From: Moniliella sp. 'wahieum'
Taxonomy: Eukaryota
Direction of reading: 5' to 3'
DNA length: 64,000 nucleotides
NCBI GenBank assembly: GCA_003971905.1
Contig: RSEE01000003.1
Location: 868,001-932,000, forward strand
Shown piece after piece: positions 1-13,400 of the stretch. Position 1 is the stretch's first letter, and each line of letters opens with the position of its first letter. A program made the translations under genes and the position numbers. The notes beneath the pieces are model-generated. The model saw only the letters and a list, made by a program, of their open reading frames with translations. It was not told the origin of the DNA and ran no database searches.

Positions 1-776
1 TGTAATGATCCAGGCCGAAGGCAAGGGTCCCCGCTCCACACGTTCGTTTTGCCTGGGATTCACTGCGGCGAGTCAGAAGAGCAGGCCCTCGTAGTATGAG
101 CCTCTAAATAGACTATACGGAGATTTACATTGTGCGCACCTTCCTCCTCGGTTCCGCAGTGGCAGGTGCCTACGAAAGGCGTGTGCTGAATGAGGTGGAG
201 AATAGGGAATGTGGTACTGAGGAGAGGTACAGGCTATGAGAAGGGTGGGGCCTTATATTGCCAATGAGGGTACCGGGGAACAGAAGAACGACTGGGGTGC
301 AGTGATAAGAGATGTGTGTCTAATAGATATTATCACGCAGGATGTGGCGTTTTGGGGTCATCGCCGCAACAGCCCACCAGGACTGGGTAGGGACGAGGCG
401 AAGAAGAAGAATGGGCACCAGCAGGGATGCCGTGGTCCGAGCAGAGTGTAACCCAGTCTTCATTCCTGGATCAACTTCTTTCTCTTCTCTCGCGCTTTTC
501 CCTTTTGCCATATATGTGGTCTGTGTTTGTCCGCCCCCGGAACAATCATGTGCAGAAAGACCGTAAACAGTAAATGTCTAGAAGTACATCTGCATGTATA
601 GTCTCACACCACTGCTACAATTGAAAACAAATACGGCAGAAGCCTCTACAACCACTTAAGTGCTTGTCTTTTAAGCATGTCCTGTGTGACATGTGACGTT
701 CGGTTCTATATGGTGCGAACAGGGCCAAGGAATGAGGCTTACGTTTAAGCTGTTTAAAAACCCTAAGACTCCCTAC

Positions 777-829
777 TAAGTACTAAGGCCTAAGGGGCCT
801 AAGGCCTAAGGGGCCTAAGGCCTAAGGCC
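777..829. repeat. TAA-GTAC-TAA / (TAA-GGCC)n array with GG interruptions
   Basis: TAAGTACTAAGGCCTAAGGGGCCTAAGGCCTAAGGGGCCTAAGGCCTAAGGCC read directly. Confidence 0.88.
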
Positions 830-2044
830 CGATGCTGATTTGAGGAGAAACGGCAGATTGTGGCAAAATTGTGGTTCGCGCGGGGATAAAGGAGAGAGAG
901 AAACCTTAATTGAGACATGTATACCCGGAATGAAGTCAAAGTGGAAGAGCGAGAAGCGGAAGGCACGAAGCGCGAGGCGCAGATGACTGTGTTGGAGTGT
1001 TGGAGGAAGGATGCAGCGAGGACGGGTTCAGATAAGGGAAAATGCCATGCAGAAGTGGGCGGGGAAACCATCAAGTGAGTCATGCGTGACGCGTATGACA
1101 TGGGAGCCAACTTCAAAGTCTGTGTGGTTCCAATAAGGAAAGTTCAACATGCCACCAGAGTTGGACAACATTCCTCTGATAGCGCTTCTCCTCAGGGGCC
1201 TCAGGGCCTTAGGCCTCTTCACTACACACACAACCCCCCAAAAAGTTGTTTCAATCTTAGCATGTTGTATCCGTTCAAAAAAGAACTTTGTGAAGATCTT
1301 TTTAGAAGCGCGAGAAAATAGAAAAGAGCATTGAGGAGACTGTGTTCGTCATATGGCCGTCGGTGATCGATGACGGTCACTAGGTCACTGACCGCCACAG
1401 TTCCATACACGCACAACCTCATATATGTCAGTGTTACTCTCTAGGTCTCTCTCAGAGTTTAGACGTCTCCGTCACTAGCTTCACTCCATAATCGGCACAC
1501 GCGGAACTTACGCACCGTGTCCGCCAAAAGTACATACATCTTTTGTGTTGTGTCCCGTGAGATTTTAGGCCTTAGATATGTGGAAGGTCGGCTGCCCTCT
1601 GTTGTGTTATGAGCGCAGAGCATGACATTGTTGTCGTTTTACCTGCCTGCCACTGCACAATTGAACAGGCGAGGCAGGTGGCACACTGCCCCCGTGCGAA
1701 GGTGGCGGAGCACGGGCAAATGCGTGATTATATAACAAGCAAGAAATAGTCTTGTCTCGTTATTTTCGCTTTATATATATTCCAGCGGTCCGCACGGACA
1801 TTGCTGTGGTTGCCGCCCCCCACCCCCCCGTGCAGCAGACCACCGCTGGTGTTGATGCGAACACCACTGCGCTCAACATGTCAACTGCCACCATCGCCAC
1901 CGCCCCCTACTCGCCCAGTTCCCTCACCCCCACGGCGGCCTCGTCCCTCCAACACCGTCGACTAGTAGTACTAGTACACCTGCCGGTACACCCAACCCTG
2001 GCACGCGTCCCGCTCATCGGCAGAGCGCTACGTCCCTGGCACAT

Positions 2045-4306
2045 ATGAGTCCCCCAAGCTCCCACACACCAAACAGTAGCCTCGCCGACTCGGCGATCAT
2101 TCATCTTGCCCCTGCTTGGGACGAGAGCAGCTTGGATCTGGCCTCATCCCAATCGCTTTCTGCTCCGCTGGAACCGCCACAGCGCATCCCCGAAGAGACC
2201 AGCATGCGCTCCACCCTCTCGTCATCCGAAAAAAGCACACACCAAAAAACAACATCCATTTCGCGAGGGATTGATGGGGGGATGTTGAACACAACAGCCG
2301 CTTGGCCGCTGCTGATGTGGCCGCCCAATTAGCCAAGCTTGACCTGACGGATCCTCGTATCCTTGCTTTGCTCACCCCCTCCCTTGCCCCGCTCAAACAA
2401 GACGAGGGAGAAAAGCTACCTCAGCCATTTGATGCGCCTCCTTCCGCCTGGCAGAGTCACGCGGCTCGTTCGTTGCCCCGTCGCCAGTCCTTGGCGTTCC
2501 TTCCGATTCTGAGGTGAACCCACATGGGAGACATGGCCTTAAGCAACCATATGAGGCTCAGGCCGGCAACACTACCGCCTCTACCAATTCTGAAATGGAG
2601 GCACTGCGAGCTCAAGTCCAGCACTTACAAAATGCGCTCAAGCAGAGAGAGTCGATTGATCTATCAACCTCGGTCTCTTCAGCGCCCCTCACGCCCCCTC
2701 TCTTTGGTCGTCCAGTTCGTCGACTGCGCCTGATCAGCCTCTTCCCCCTACCCCGATCAGAACATTGCAGCACTCTGTGGGCACACATGGAAGATCAAGT
2801 CAGCGGTCTGTCCACGAAAATGGCGAGGGTTCAAAGATCAAACACCATCCTGGCGGTCGAACGGGGACGTCCACTTCTTCCTCAGCAGTAGTGGGATCCA
2901 GTGCTATGGATGGTTTCAGTCCCCCGCGGCAAGTTCCAATTGGTACGGCAAAGGAAAAGGTGAGCGGAAACGCCCTCCACGCTTGAACATTGCGCCATAC
3001 CACGGTGAGCCAGATACACATGGGCACGCCGCCCTTTCCTCCTCCAAGAAGGATACACCGAGTTCCCTCAACATCCCGAAGAGTCCCAAGTTTGCTTTAC
3101 GTGCGTCGGATCAACGCTCTACTGCTCTCGGTTCTATCAACGAAGATGATCGGCAGCGGCACGGAGAAGATCAGGGACCAAGGGGTGCCATTCACAGCCC
3201 AGATCAACGGGACTCCCATCTTGGCCTCCGTCACCGTCTAAACCTTGGCCACTTCATAGTCAGGTGGACGATACCTACAGCAGCGTGGGAGGGCTGGATG
3301 AAGCGACGACTGTCATGGCGGAGCACGCTTCAAGTACGGGTCACTCTTCTTTTCACGAAGAACGCTTCAATGAACTTACCGGAAAGATTGGTTCGTTTAC
3401 ATTTCCCCTCCCACTTTCATTTGAAGACTGAAAAGATACTAACTTGTTGATGCAATCTCCTTTCCGATAGCTGCTTTGGAGGCAATGCTCGCTGCTCAGG
3501 CGCAGTACCAACAACCAACGAAAACCAACCCTGGTATGTTTTTACCGTCGTATCCCCCAAACCCCTCGGCCGATTCTACCAACGGGTTTATGATGGGCGA
3601 CACGTCGATGCAAGACTTGCAAATGCACGCCCAGATTCAAGCATTGGAAATGCAGTTGAACCTGTTGCGAGCTAAGCAACAATTCAAGAAGCAGCAAAAA
3701 TCGTCCCAGCAACAAATCGGAGGCACTTATCAGCACCCCCACCTTCCCTATGAACTGGACTTGAGCTCGCGTCTATCTACTTCAACGCAACCTTCAAGCT
3801 ATGGCCCGCCCACACCTACCGATGCTCATCCCACCGTTTCTTTTCGGAGCAAAAAACGCAGACACACCAGCTGCAGCCTGTCCGCCTTGGTGTGCACCCG
3901 GCACGGCGGACGAGAGCCATGAACCAAGTTGTATTGCTCGCGAGCTGCGTTCGCTCGGTGGAACTAAGCGGAGGATTGGGCCAAGGGAAGTGGCTCCAAC
4001 ACGACTCTGGATCGGAGAGCTGCACCTCCTCCGACAAGAGCTCTTCCCACGGATCAAGTACGCACCATCGTAAAGGTCTGACCGCGGCCCTGCGGGATCG
4101 GATGGGTAATGCATCGCGCCAAAGTTTCGAGCAGCGACCGTGTTGCCATTCCTTCTTTCGATGCTGGGGACAATGACTTACCGACAAGTAAGACCAAAAA
4201 AGAAGAGACCAACAAGCGCATTACCCGTCTCTTTCGGTCTACCGTCACAGCTCGACGAGCAGACTATGAGGACGCCCCCGTCTTGTTTATCCGGATCGCA
4301 ATCTAA
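2045..4306 (+). CDS. Hypothetical low-complexity Ser/Gln-rich protein with coiled-coil segments (frameshifted, ends approximate)
   Basis: Chain of overlapping + strand ORFs (2045-2332, 2302-2517, 2514-2891, 2983-3450, 3476-3922, 3892-4176) with protein-like content (EMEALRAQVQHLQNALKQRE; QIQALEMQLNLLRAKQQ). Intron-like GTTCGT..CTAAC..TAG at ~3391-3470. No family recognised. Confidence 0.5.
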
Positions 4307-4923
4307 AATTCAAGCAGGGTCCGGGACGGGGGCGATTGTACATCCAGAACTCGTCGGCGGGACGTCCTCCCTATCCAACCTAGGTGCTTCTATCTCTACC
4401 AGACGACGAAACCACACACGCTTTTTTTGCTTTGGATTTTTCTCCCAACTCTTACACTCTCATTTTGCTTCTACACTATTCCTCGTTTGCTTCTTCATTG
4501 GAAGCACGACCTTCTCTCCACAACTCTTCCAATCCGTCTTTCTGATCCCCCTGAGCGAGATATGCCCGGACTTCCTTCCGCTCTATCCTCCAACACACCT
4601 CATTCCTTAAGTAGCTTTAATACATCAGGCTTGGCCCTTCGGAAGACATCGATAACCGCCCATAACAGATTATGAGCTTCATATCATGCATGTCATGTCG
4701 ATGGTTTGGGAGCACGACTGTCAGCAAAGCGACGAGAGCGGTCTCTTGCGAGGATATACGTGATCCTGACCATCGAATCATGACCAAAACCGTCTACAGG
4801 AGGCTTGTGTGTTGGCTCTATGGGAATCATGCGAATGAAAAAACAGATCGGCATGTTTCATCATCATCATTGATATATAGAGGGGGGTATTGGAAACCAG
4901 AAGCTTGCACTACTGTGAGAGCA

Positions 4924-6063
4924 TTACTTGTCCACATCGAGGACGATGCGGCCAGCAAGCTTGCCTTCGTGCATCTCGGCATAGACCTCGTTCAGCTGGG
5001 AGAGACCACGGGTGTGGTAATGACACGGACCTTGCCCCGCTCGGCAAGACGGAGGGCCTCGATGGCATCCTCCGGTTGCCCACGATGGAGCCAACGATGC
5101 GCTTGGCCGTGACAGTTGTGTCAAACACGTCGGCTTGATGAACGTGCCGGGAGGCATACCGACAGCGACCAGGGTACCACGTGGGCGGAGGTAGGCCAGT
5201 CCTTGGGTGTACGCCGCCTCGGATGCGGCGGCCACTACGGCGGCATGGGCACCAAGTCCACCGGTGATCGCCTTGACTTCCGCAACAATGTCTTTGCACT
5301 CGCGGAAGTCGATCCAGGCGTCAGCCCCGAGCTGCTCCACCAGCGCTTTCTTCTCAGCGCCCGTGTCGATGCCAATCACACGGTAGCCCATTGCCGCGTA
5401 TTGTACACCCAAGTGGCCCAGTCCACCACCGGCACCGGGAAGGACCACCAGTCCCCCACCGAACAGCTTGGCCTCCAGCAGGGCACGGTAGATTGTCACG
5501 CCAGCGCATAGAATTGGCGCGGCATCAATGAGGCGGGAGCGCATCGGGGATGGGCGTGACGTACTTGGCAGGCGCCACGACGTATTGCTGGAACGTGCCA
5601 TCGACAGTGTACCCTGAGTTCTCGAGGTGAATGCAGTTCGGCTCAAAGCCCACGCGGCAGTACTCGCAGTTGAGGCACGCCGAGGCGACCCACTTGATAC
5701 CCACACGAGCACCCTTCTGGATCCACTCGTCCGAGCCCGTGCCAAGTTTGACCACCAACCGGCACCCTCGTGGCCGCCAACCAGCGGCTCCTGTCGCTTC
5801 GAGTTTGGTAGGCAAGGGCCAGTCGCCGGCATGGCATGCAAGTCACTAATAACCACGTCAGTTCGAATTCCTGATAGGACCTGATGAAAGGACGTACGTG
5901 TGGCAGACACCAGTGTAGGTAATGCGGACGAGCACCTCGCCAGGCTTGAGCTCAACTTGGCTCGGGTCGTACGTGACGAACTTGATCGGGCCACCGACTT
6001 TGTCAAGACGGCCTTGGTGGCCGTGGTAGGCACCTCGAGTTGTTGTTCGCGAATGTCGGTCAT
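4924..6063 (-). CDS. ADH: Zinc-dependent alcohol dehydrogenase (MDR family, fungal Adh1-like)
   Basis: GVCH(T/S)D catalytic Cys, GHEGAG motif, structural-Zn CLNCEYC..C, APILCAGVTIYRAL, GAGGGLGHLGVQYA Rossmann motif, C-terminal GRIVLD. Intron 5846-5897 (GTACGT..CTGAC..TAG). Several 1-bp frameshifts. Confidence 0.93.
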   Translation of the reverse strand: MTDIREQQLEVPTTATKAVLTKSVARSSSSRTTRAKLSSSLARCSSALPTLVSATRTSFHQVLSGIRTDVVISDLHAMPATGPCLPNSKRQEPLVGGHEGAGWWSNLARARTSGSRRVLVWVSSGSPRRASTASTAAWALSRTAFTSRTQGTLSMARSSNTSWRLPSTSRPSPMRSRLIDAAPILCAGVTIYRALLEAKLFGGGLVVLPGAGGGLGHLGVQYAAMGYRVIGIDTGAEKKALVEQLGADAWIDFRECKDIVAEVKAITGGLGAHAAVVAAASEAAYTQGLAYLRPRGTLVAVGMPPGTFIKPTCLTQLSRPSASLAPSWATGGCHRGPPSCRAGQGPCHYHTRGLSQLNEVYAEMHEGKLAGRIVLDVDK

Positions 6064-7713
6064 AGGGAGATAGGTTGGAGAGGCGGAGGAACGGTTGCAG
6101 AGAAAGAGGGGGAAGCAAAGCTGCTGGGGAGAAGAGTAACGATCTACAAAAACACCGCGATATATAGCCCCGTATTACAGTTGAGCCCGCACCTACAACC
6201 GAGCTCATGATGCATGACACCGATCCATGGCAGGTCCGTGCGTCTGCACGGCCCATTTCCACTGACGGAGGGCTGACACGCGACAGCGCCAACCAAACCG
6301 AATCTCACCTGAGAGCGCAGCTGCCTTCATGCTTCAGCCGCAAAAAGTGAGTCGGGGAAGAAGGATATCCCGACTGAGTATTGAAGCACAATGAGGGGGG
6401 GCTCCGCGAGGAGAGTGGTCCAAGATGGCGTGGCTGAACAGGTGCTCAAATTGGCGGTGGTTTGTGCCTCCGCCAGTCTCTGCTCTTCAGGCGTTTTGGC
6501 CAGAGGCGTGAATGTTAGGGGGCAGGCACGGGGGACGATCGGCCTGATCACTCAGTACAACATCCGCGCTCAGCCTCAGGGCCTCGTGGTGCGCTCATAT
6601 CCCAGCAGTAAGCCAATCATGTAATCATGCCCTGGGCTCATATCTCTGGCCTCTGGCCTCTGATCCAAACTATCGATCCGTAGGGGCTCATATCTCGCGC
6701 GACTACGATGGCGGCTAGCGCTTCGTTGCACTTGCTCCAGTCCCTGCGCCCACTTGCGCCCACACCAAGACCTGTGAGGCGTAGCGCGTAGGAGGGCGTA
6801 GGCCTAACGTCACATGGTGCGCCCAGCTTGAGAACGCTCAGGCGCTCAGGCTCGCTCAGCGCCGATATATCACTGTGGCGGCAGGGCGGTTGTGGCGCCG
6901 ACAGATGGTGGCGATGGTGATGAATTAGACCATGGAACCAAATCCCATACACCTCTAGAGAGCCCCCGTGCGCCACAGTGCATATTTTATCCACGCTGCA
7001 TTTGATTCGACTCGAAGAGTGGCTTCATGTTGCGCAGCGCTTCAATTTTTTACGCCGGCATCATTAAACTGACGACAGCCCTGGAAGTGTGATGTGATCC
7101 ATGTGATGTCCGACATGTGTCTCTGGGCCAAGCGCCCAGGGCTTGCTGCGGTCTGCTATCCAACTCTTCAGCCACAGTGCTGCTCTTCTGTGCTTGCTTT
7201 TTCAGCTTCAGCAGCTTCAGCTTGGGCACCTAGCCAAGCTTAGCTACCATCGATTCAAGAGTGGGTCAAGCATTATGGTACTGGGCAACTTGTGCGCTTC
7301 CCGCCTTTCCTTGTTTCCTTGGGCTTTTCCACTGGGGCACGAGTCTTAAACGTTACAAACGGGAGCCCTAAAGTAAAGTGACGAGTGACTAGTGACGTCA
7401 CCAGTCACTAGTCACTAGCCTCCGTTCCGCTGCATACGCGTGTGCCCCTATAATTCATCCAGTTCCGCCCCGTTCCTCTCCGCTTCCGTCGAGCGCTTCA
7501 TGCTTCAAGCCGGTCAGGCACCTGTGCATTCGGAATCGGCAGGACTCGGAGTACACGGCCATGCCATCCAGGTCATCTTTATCTCTTCTCTGGTGTGTAT
7601 ACGCGTACGCCTGGGTTGACCAGTAGCTAGTAGCCTCCGATGTGTGAAAGCCCCAAGATCATGCATCACCATATCACCAACCAACCAACCTCCCATCAAT
7701 GCATGGTCGATGA

Positions 7714-7740
7714 TGATCGATGATCGATGATCGATGATCT
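7714..7740. repeat. Heptamer array (TGATCGA)x3+
   Basis: Read directly. Confidence 0.88.
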
Positions 7741-8092
7741 GAGACGCTGCGATGGCTCCCAGGCAACACTGGGCTGGGCCATGGCACGGTCGCGCTGTGC
7801 CTTGGTGGCCGGGGGGCACTGTGTGGGGTTGCGGGCTATGACGTGCGTGCTGCTCCGGATCGCCTGCGCTGGCACAGGCGTCGCGCTGCGCTGCCGCATT
7901 CCGTGTTCCTTGGGGAGCAGCCGTCGTTCCAAGCCAGCCCCCGCGACCGCTGCGCTCGCTAGCACGACCCCCACGCGCCCCCGCCCCCGCCGTCTGCTCA
8001 TGCTCAGTTTTCCTCCTCCTCCTCCTCCTCCTCCTCTCCCTCCCCCCGCTCTCGCCCGCCATCTGCGAGGCCTGGGCCGCACCTCGCACCAC

Positions 8093-9698
8093 ATGTCTGC
8101 CTCTGCCATGCGCACCACCCTCCACCCGCTGCTCACCATGACCGCCGCCAGCACCCCCGACCGCGTCACCAGGCCCAGTTGAATGCCCGCCCGACTCGTC
8201 CACCACCCATCGCTCGACCGTCTGCGCGCCGAACCGAGTCCCGCTACCTCCAGCGGACAAGAAGAGGAGATAGCCGAGGGTATGAATGATGAACGCAAGC
8301 GTGGCGTTGAACGCACTTCGGTCCCCCATCTACTTGATCCACGCCGCCAGACGACCCCGTCCATTGTTTCTCCTGAGCGACACCCACTGCGAGTGCGCGG
8401 CGCACCCTCAGACCCAGTCACAGGGACACGGTGACAATGACCTCATCTGTCCTCTTGCTCCCACGGGCAGGGCCCTGTCGTTACGCCCAAGCACCACCTG
8501 GGCGTGGTCCAAAGTCCAGTCCATGAGCCTCCGTTGGCCAACGACCCGCCCGTGGCGGAACAAGTTTCGGACCCATCGTTGCCTAGGCCGGCATGCTCCA
8601 TTTGTGGGGAAACGCCCGAGGCGTATGGTTTGCTCCAAAACTGTGATCACCCCTTCTGTGTCTCCTGTCTGCGCCAATGGCGACAGCAGGGCACCACATC
8701 AGATCTGGACGAGCTCACTAGCAACTTCAAGTGCTGCCCCATGTGTCGTACTCCATCCCTTCTCTGCATCCGATCCCCCGACTTTGTCACAGACGATGCC
8801 AAGAAGGCCCAGATCGATGCGGTCATGGCACCCAAAAAGGGAATCCCTTGCCGCTACTTTGTCAAATCACTGCGTACATCTCAAGGTCCGTTTTGCCCCT
8901 TTGGCGACGACTGCTTTTATCTCCACAAGATGGGGCCCGGACAGTTTCGGTTTGGGCTGGACGCTGAACAGATGCAGGCCAAATCTTCAGCCCGACGGAG
9001 AGTGGCAGCCCACCGTTCCTACCCCCCTTCGGAGGATGAGGGATCGGACACCGAGTCAATGTCATCCCACACTTCGTCTTCTGTTTCCGTTCGGATAGCA
9101 CCTCGACGCTCGGGCTCGATTGGACGCGCACGTACTCGGTTTGGTGGATCGGGTCTCGGATTGACGCCGTTGACCCCGACGCCTCCGCTGTCTCCGAACG
9201 GGTCGTCACGGGCATCTCCTGTACCGGGCCAGGTGCCTTCCCGTCGAAGTGCTTCCTTTGGTGCATTGACAGCCGTGGTGCCCACTCCCAATGCCTGTTC
9301 TCCTTCCCCCCTCCTGTCACGAACAAGACCGAACGCCGTGGATCGATTGCTGCAGCTGCAGCGGCGGCCCGACGACAACGGGAGGCACGGGCAGCCTCCA
9401 TGTCGGCTGGTGGGAGCCGCGCGGTCGTTTCGGGACTGACACCTGCCTCGCCTCTGGGGCGATGGGGCTCGGAAGCCATGCGTTGGCGTACCGACGAAGC
9501 TCCTTGTCCGCTGCTGCGGCGGCAGCAGCCAATGCTAGTGCCGCCCGCACAGATTCGGTCAAGGACCCCCGTGCGATGGTGCGTAGTTTGCGACTTGACT
9601 GTTCCGAGTTGTCGGCGCCGCTGTCGTCGGCGATTGATTCCGAGTCGGACTGCTCCCGACCTACGTCCCCCTTTGCTCCTGCTGTCCAGACCGCCTAA
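8093..9698 (+). CDS. Makorin-like RING-finger / CCCH zinc-finger protein (putative E3 ubiquitin ligase)
   Basis: ORF 8504-9439 contains the C3HC4 RING CSICGE..YGLLQNCDHPFCVSCLRQWR..CPMCR followed by the CCCH finger PCRYF..CPFGDDCFYLH, the makorin C-terminal arrangement. Start and stop are approximate because of frameshifts. Confidence 0.8.
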
Positions 9699-10427
9699 TG
9701 CGGGGGAAATATGGTGGATGCCACGAATCGGTGTTAGGATCTTGCGAGCCCCTTTTCTCCCCTATATACCCTATGGTCAGGCCAGTGCTTCGGGGGGAGG
9801 CGTGGTGGTTGGTACCGCGGACGCCTTGGTGAACGGTTGGAGAGACCAACCTGTGCTGCACTCTGCATCCTCAGCGCCTCAGCGCTCATTTTCTCATTAT
9901 CGATTATCCATGCCTCATATGTTGCAGGTTATCTATATTCAGCTTACTGGCATACTGCATGATGATTTGGAAGAGTGTGTTAATGGCAGTGCTCCTACTG
10001 GGCCTCCGACTGATGTGGGCACCAACGATGTACAATCCATCAACAAATCTGGCCATGGCATGCAATATCTCGAGCGACGGGTTTGTCGCCAACAATCCGG
10101 GGGAACTGTAGTGGACATGATGACGAGCAGGGGGGGGGGGGTGTTACGGTGTGTTCGACAGTATGTAATAGTACTGTAGTAGTAGTATGCGATTGCTTTT
10201 GCCGTGCAGACATGAAAAGGGGACAATACGTTATGGTGGATCGGGTGCGTGGAGGCCACAGTAGGAGAAAGAGAACTGGCAGGTTGAAAGATGCGTAGTA
10301 GTACAGCCGAACGTGCACCGGGATCGTTGAACTCCGACCGTTGACGGTACGATGATAGTTGACGACGTTGACGAGAGACGCAACACTAAGCGCTGGGATT
10401 GGCGAGATGTGGGAATAGAACAGATCG

Positions 10428-13400
10428 TTATCCTTGCCACATCGCGGGCCAAGAGACAGCGAGTGAAGGGATTTCAATCAGGGTCGATTCCTCTGATTTG
10501 GACGAAGGCATCGTTGCGACTAAGGCATCATGGTCCTGCAGAGCAGAATAGTGAATACAGTCAGTAAACAGCGCTTCGTGCAACCCCCAAATGCAAGAAG
10601 AAACAAGGAAAAGCGGACTTGGACACATCATTAACGTACGAGGATCGTCTGATCGTATTCGCGCAATGCTTGGGTTGCGTACGGTTGCAGTCTCCGATCA
10701 AAGCCCATCTCCTCCACCTCGTCCAGACCAGTGAAGTCTACCGAAGAATCAGTCCTGCAACCCAGAGGACCTGAAGTGAATTCCGGGGCGGTGTAGGAAG
10801 CGGAAGGTACCAGACGAGCGGCGGTCTCTTCGGTAACTAAGCTGCCGCGGTGGAGGAAAGCGTTGGTGGCTGTGGCTGGACGGAGAAGTCGAGACCAGAC
10901 CGAGCCAGTGTCCTTGGACGACCAAGTTGTTTCCATTTCGGATCGAGCTGGAGTGGGGCGACCGGAGGCCTCGTCCGTGGGCGGTACCCGCGGATCAGGA
11001 ACAGGTGTGATGCAATGGAGGCGGTTGGTTTGGTAGGGAAGAGGAGCAGCGTCCGAACGGGAGCCGGCGCTAAAACGGTCCGTCTCTCGACACATTTGCT
11101 CGTATTGTTTCCGCACGTTTTCAAGCCTACGGTGTAGGAGGCGAAGAATATGCTGAGTGGAGTGACCGTCGGGATCGTCGTGGGGCAAGGCGAATTCAGG
11201 GAGATGGCCAAAACGGAAGATAAGAATGTGGACAAAATAGGAACGAATGGTAGGCGACCAAGAAAGAAAGAGTTTAGTGAACAGTTCGTGGGAGAGCAGC
11301 GTTTCATCCGCAGCCCATGCCGGTGGCGGCGGGTGGACATGAGTATGGCAAAATTGGTGTAGCAAAAGGCGATTGTCCGCATCAGTGCCACAAGGTGATC
11401 AGTCTCAAGAAGAATACGACGAACGACGGATTGGATAAAGTCCACATCCACAACGAGCGCAACGGGCAAACGCGCCTTACCCAGTGTCTCCATCAGCGTG
11501 TCAAGCCAGTCAAAGAGACAAAACACACCTTGCACATCATGAAGCGAAGTGCGTTTGATAAGCAGGGAAATCTGCCAGCGGATGCTAGCAAGAAACAGTG
11601 AGGAAGTGAGCGGGTTCGGTGACGGCAAGTCTCCAAAGGTAACCGCATCTACCACAGCTGAAACACAACGACTCGTTGCCATCTCTAGTTGTTGGGGCTT
11701 GCCTGAAGCACTGCCCAACAGGGCAATCGCTGTTGCTTCGCCGTTGGGGGCACTGGAAAACGGAATAACGTGTCAGTATAAAGTACCCTACAGGAGCATG
11801 ATGACATATGATACTCACAACACTCCACCATCGGATACTTGGTTCGTGACAACATATGTAAGCGAGCGATGCACCAACGCAAGGTTCTTTTGGTGGATCG
11901 CAGCGGTGACGTGGGCAATCCCCGGTGCTCCAAAGAAAAGGCAATGGCACTCGGGCGGCAAGTGACTGCGCACCAAACGGTCAATTTGACGATGAACATT
12001 GCGCAAAAAGGAAAAGACGACCTCCGAGTCGTCCGACTGGAATCGACGGAACCAGTTGCCCCATCGTAATTCGCTGACCATTGCGTTGAATCAAGTAGTC
12101 CACGGGCCTGTCGGAGGCATTGGGGAAACCAGACCCTTCTTCCTCGGGGTCTTGAGGACGGTGCAAAGGGTGTACACGGGACATGTAGGAACGAGCGTCA
12201 TCAAAGCAGACCGCATGCAGATGCTTCGGGAAGAACGCAAGGAACTCCTCCCAAGCTGCGTCCGATGGACAAAGTTCATCCCACTTGGCTTCCCTGGCCA
12301 CACGGTGCAGTAAGGGACGCGGGATGGGAAGCGCAGAAAGTAGCTTGCACGCCACACCGGGAAGGCGTACCAGAGCGAGCGATAACACTCGTCCACCAAA
12401 TACAAGGTTGGTGTGGTATACGCCCTTACCATTCATCTCGCCAATGGCATACTCCAAACAGTCGTAAAGTAGATCTTCATACCGCTCTCTCTCTCCCTGC
12501 TGCGTCTCTTGGCTTTGGAGTGCGTCAATGCTCAGATTACGGGCCTCCAGGAGGAGGTTGAGGCTTTCCAACATCGACACACGGTCAGCTGACGTTTGTG
12601 CAGTCTTAACCGACACCATCATTTCCGAAATCCAATCGAGCAGCAGAGCGCGCCGGGCACGGGGGTCTTTGTAGCGCACAAATGCCTGGTCAACTGAACG
12701 CTGCTCGGACGACTGAAGGGCAGTCGGGCTTGGTTTCCCTTCCGAATGCAGTGAGGGGCACGGATGGAAACGAGGCGAAATGGCCATGGCTGAACCTGAA
12801 GGGGAAGACGGTGTGCTGGAGGCAACCTCAGACCGACTTGCAGTCGTGCTCTTGGGAGTGGAGGGCGCGGGGGGTAAATCAGGATGAACCAACGGACGCT
12901 CTTGCTCCATGCGCAAAAAGGGCTGGAGTACGTGGCGCAAGAGCTTGGCTCGATCAAACGTAGCAAAACCCGCCTCTTTGCGCTGAGTAGCATAGTGGAA
13001 CTTGGGCAACGCTAGTTCAATTATTGTCCAGGCCATGGCAGGCAATGCATTCTCCTTCCCCGGAAGGACACCAGGGGAAAAGGGACTCCAGGTAGGTTTT
13101 CTGGGCCAAGGACTCTCATGTTCTGCCGCTGAAGAGTTGATTGAGCTGCAATGAAGGGAACCTTTTGTTGACGCCGAGTCGGAAGGGGCCGTTGAGGTGA
13201 TGGCCCGGCTAGAGGCTTGATCGAGGAGGATCGATGAAAGGCTGGGTAGAGATTGGGACGAGGGTGGAGACTCTTGCTCTTCACTGTTGCCAGATGAGAC
13301 AGATTGATGACTGTCCATTTGAGAAGCAGCGTTATTGTCCGGCCAGGTGGCAAGGGGTTCTGTCTGGTGGTTGCGAGTGGTGTGAGTCGGAGATTGCGAG

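Noticed and set aside
1..511. Possible 5' part of a minus-strand gene running off the window
   Set aside because: Short ORF with no recognisable motif; cannot be supported from the sequence alone.
777..1217. MITE bounded by GGCCTAAGG / CCTTAGGCC inverted motifs
   Set aside because: The inverted match is only ~9-10 bp of self-palindromic low-complexity sequence, with no TSD or second copy; better explained by the heptamer pattern.
8011..8040. (CCT)n and similar simple repeats, e.g. (CCACCG)n near 61748 and (GGTACG)n near 54364
   Set aside because: Ordinary microsatellites with no additional structure.
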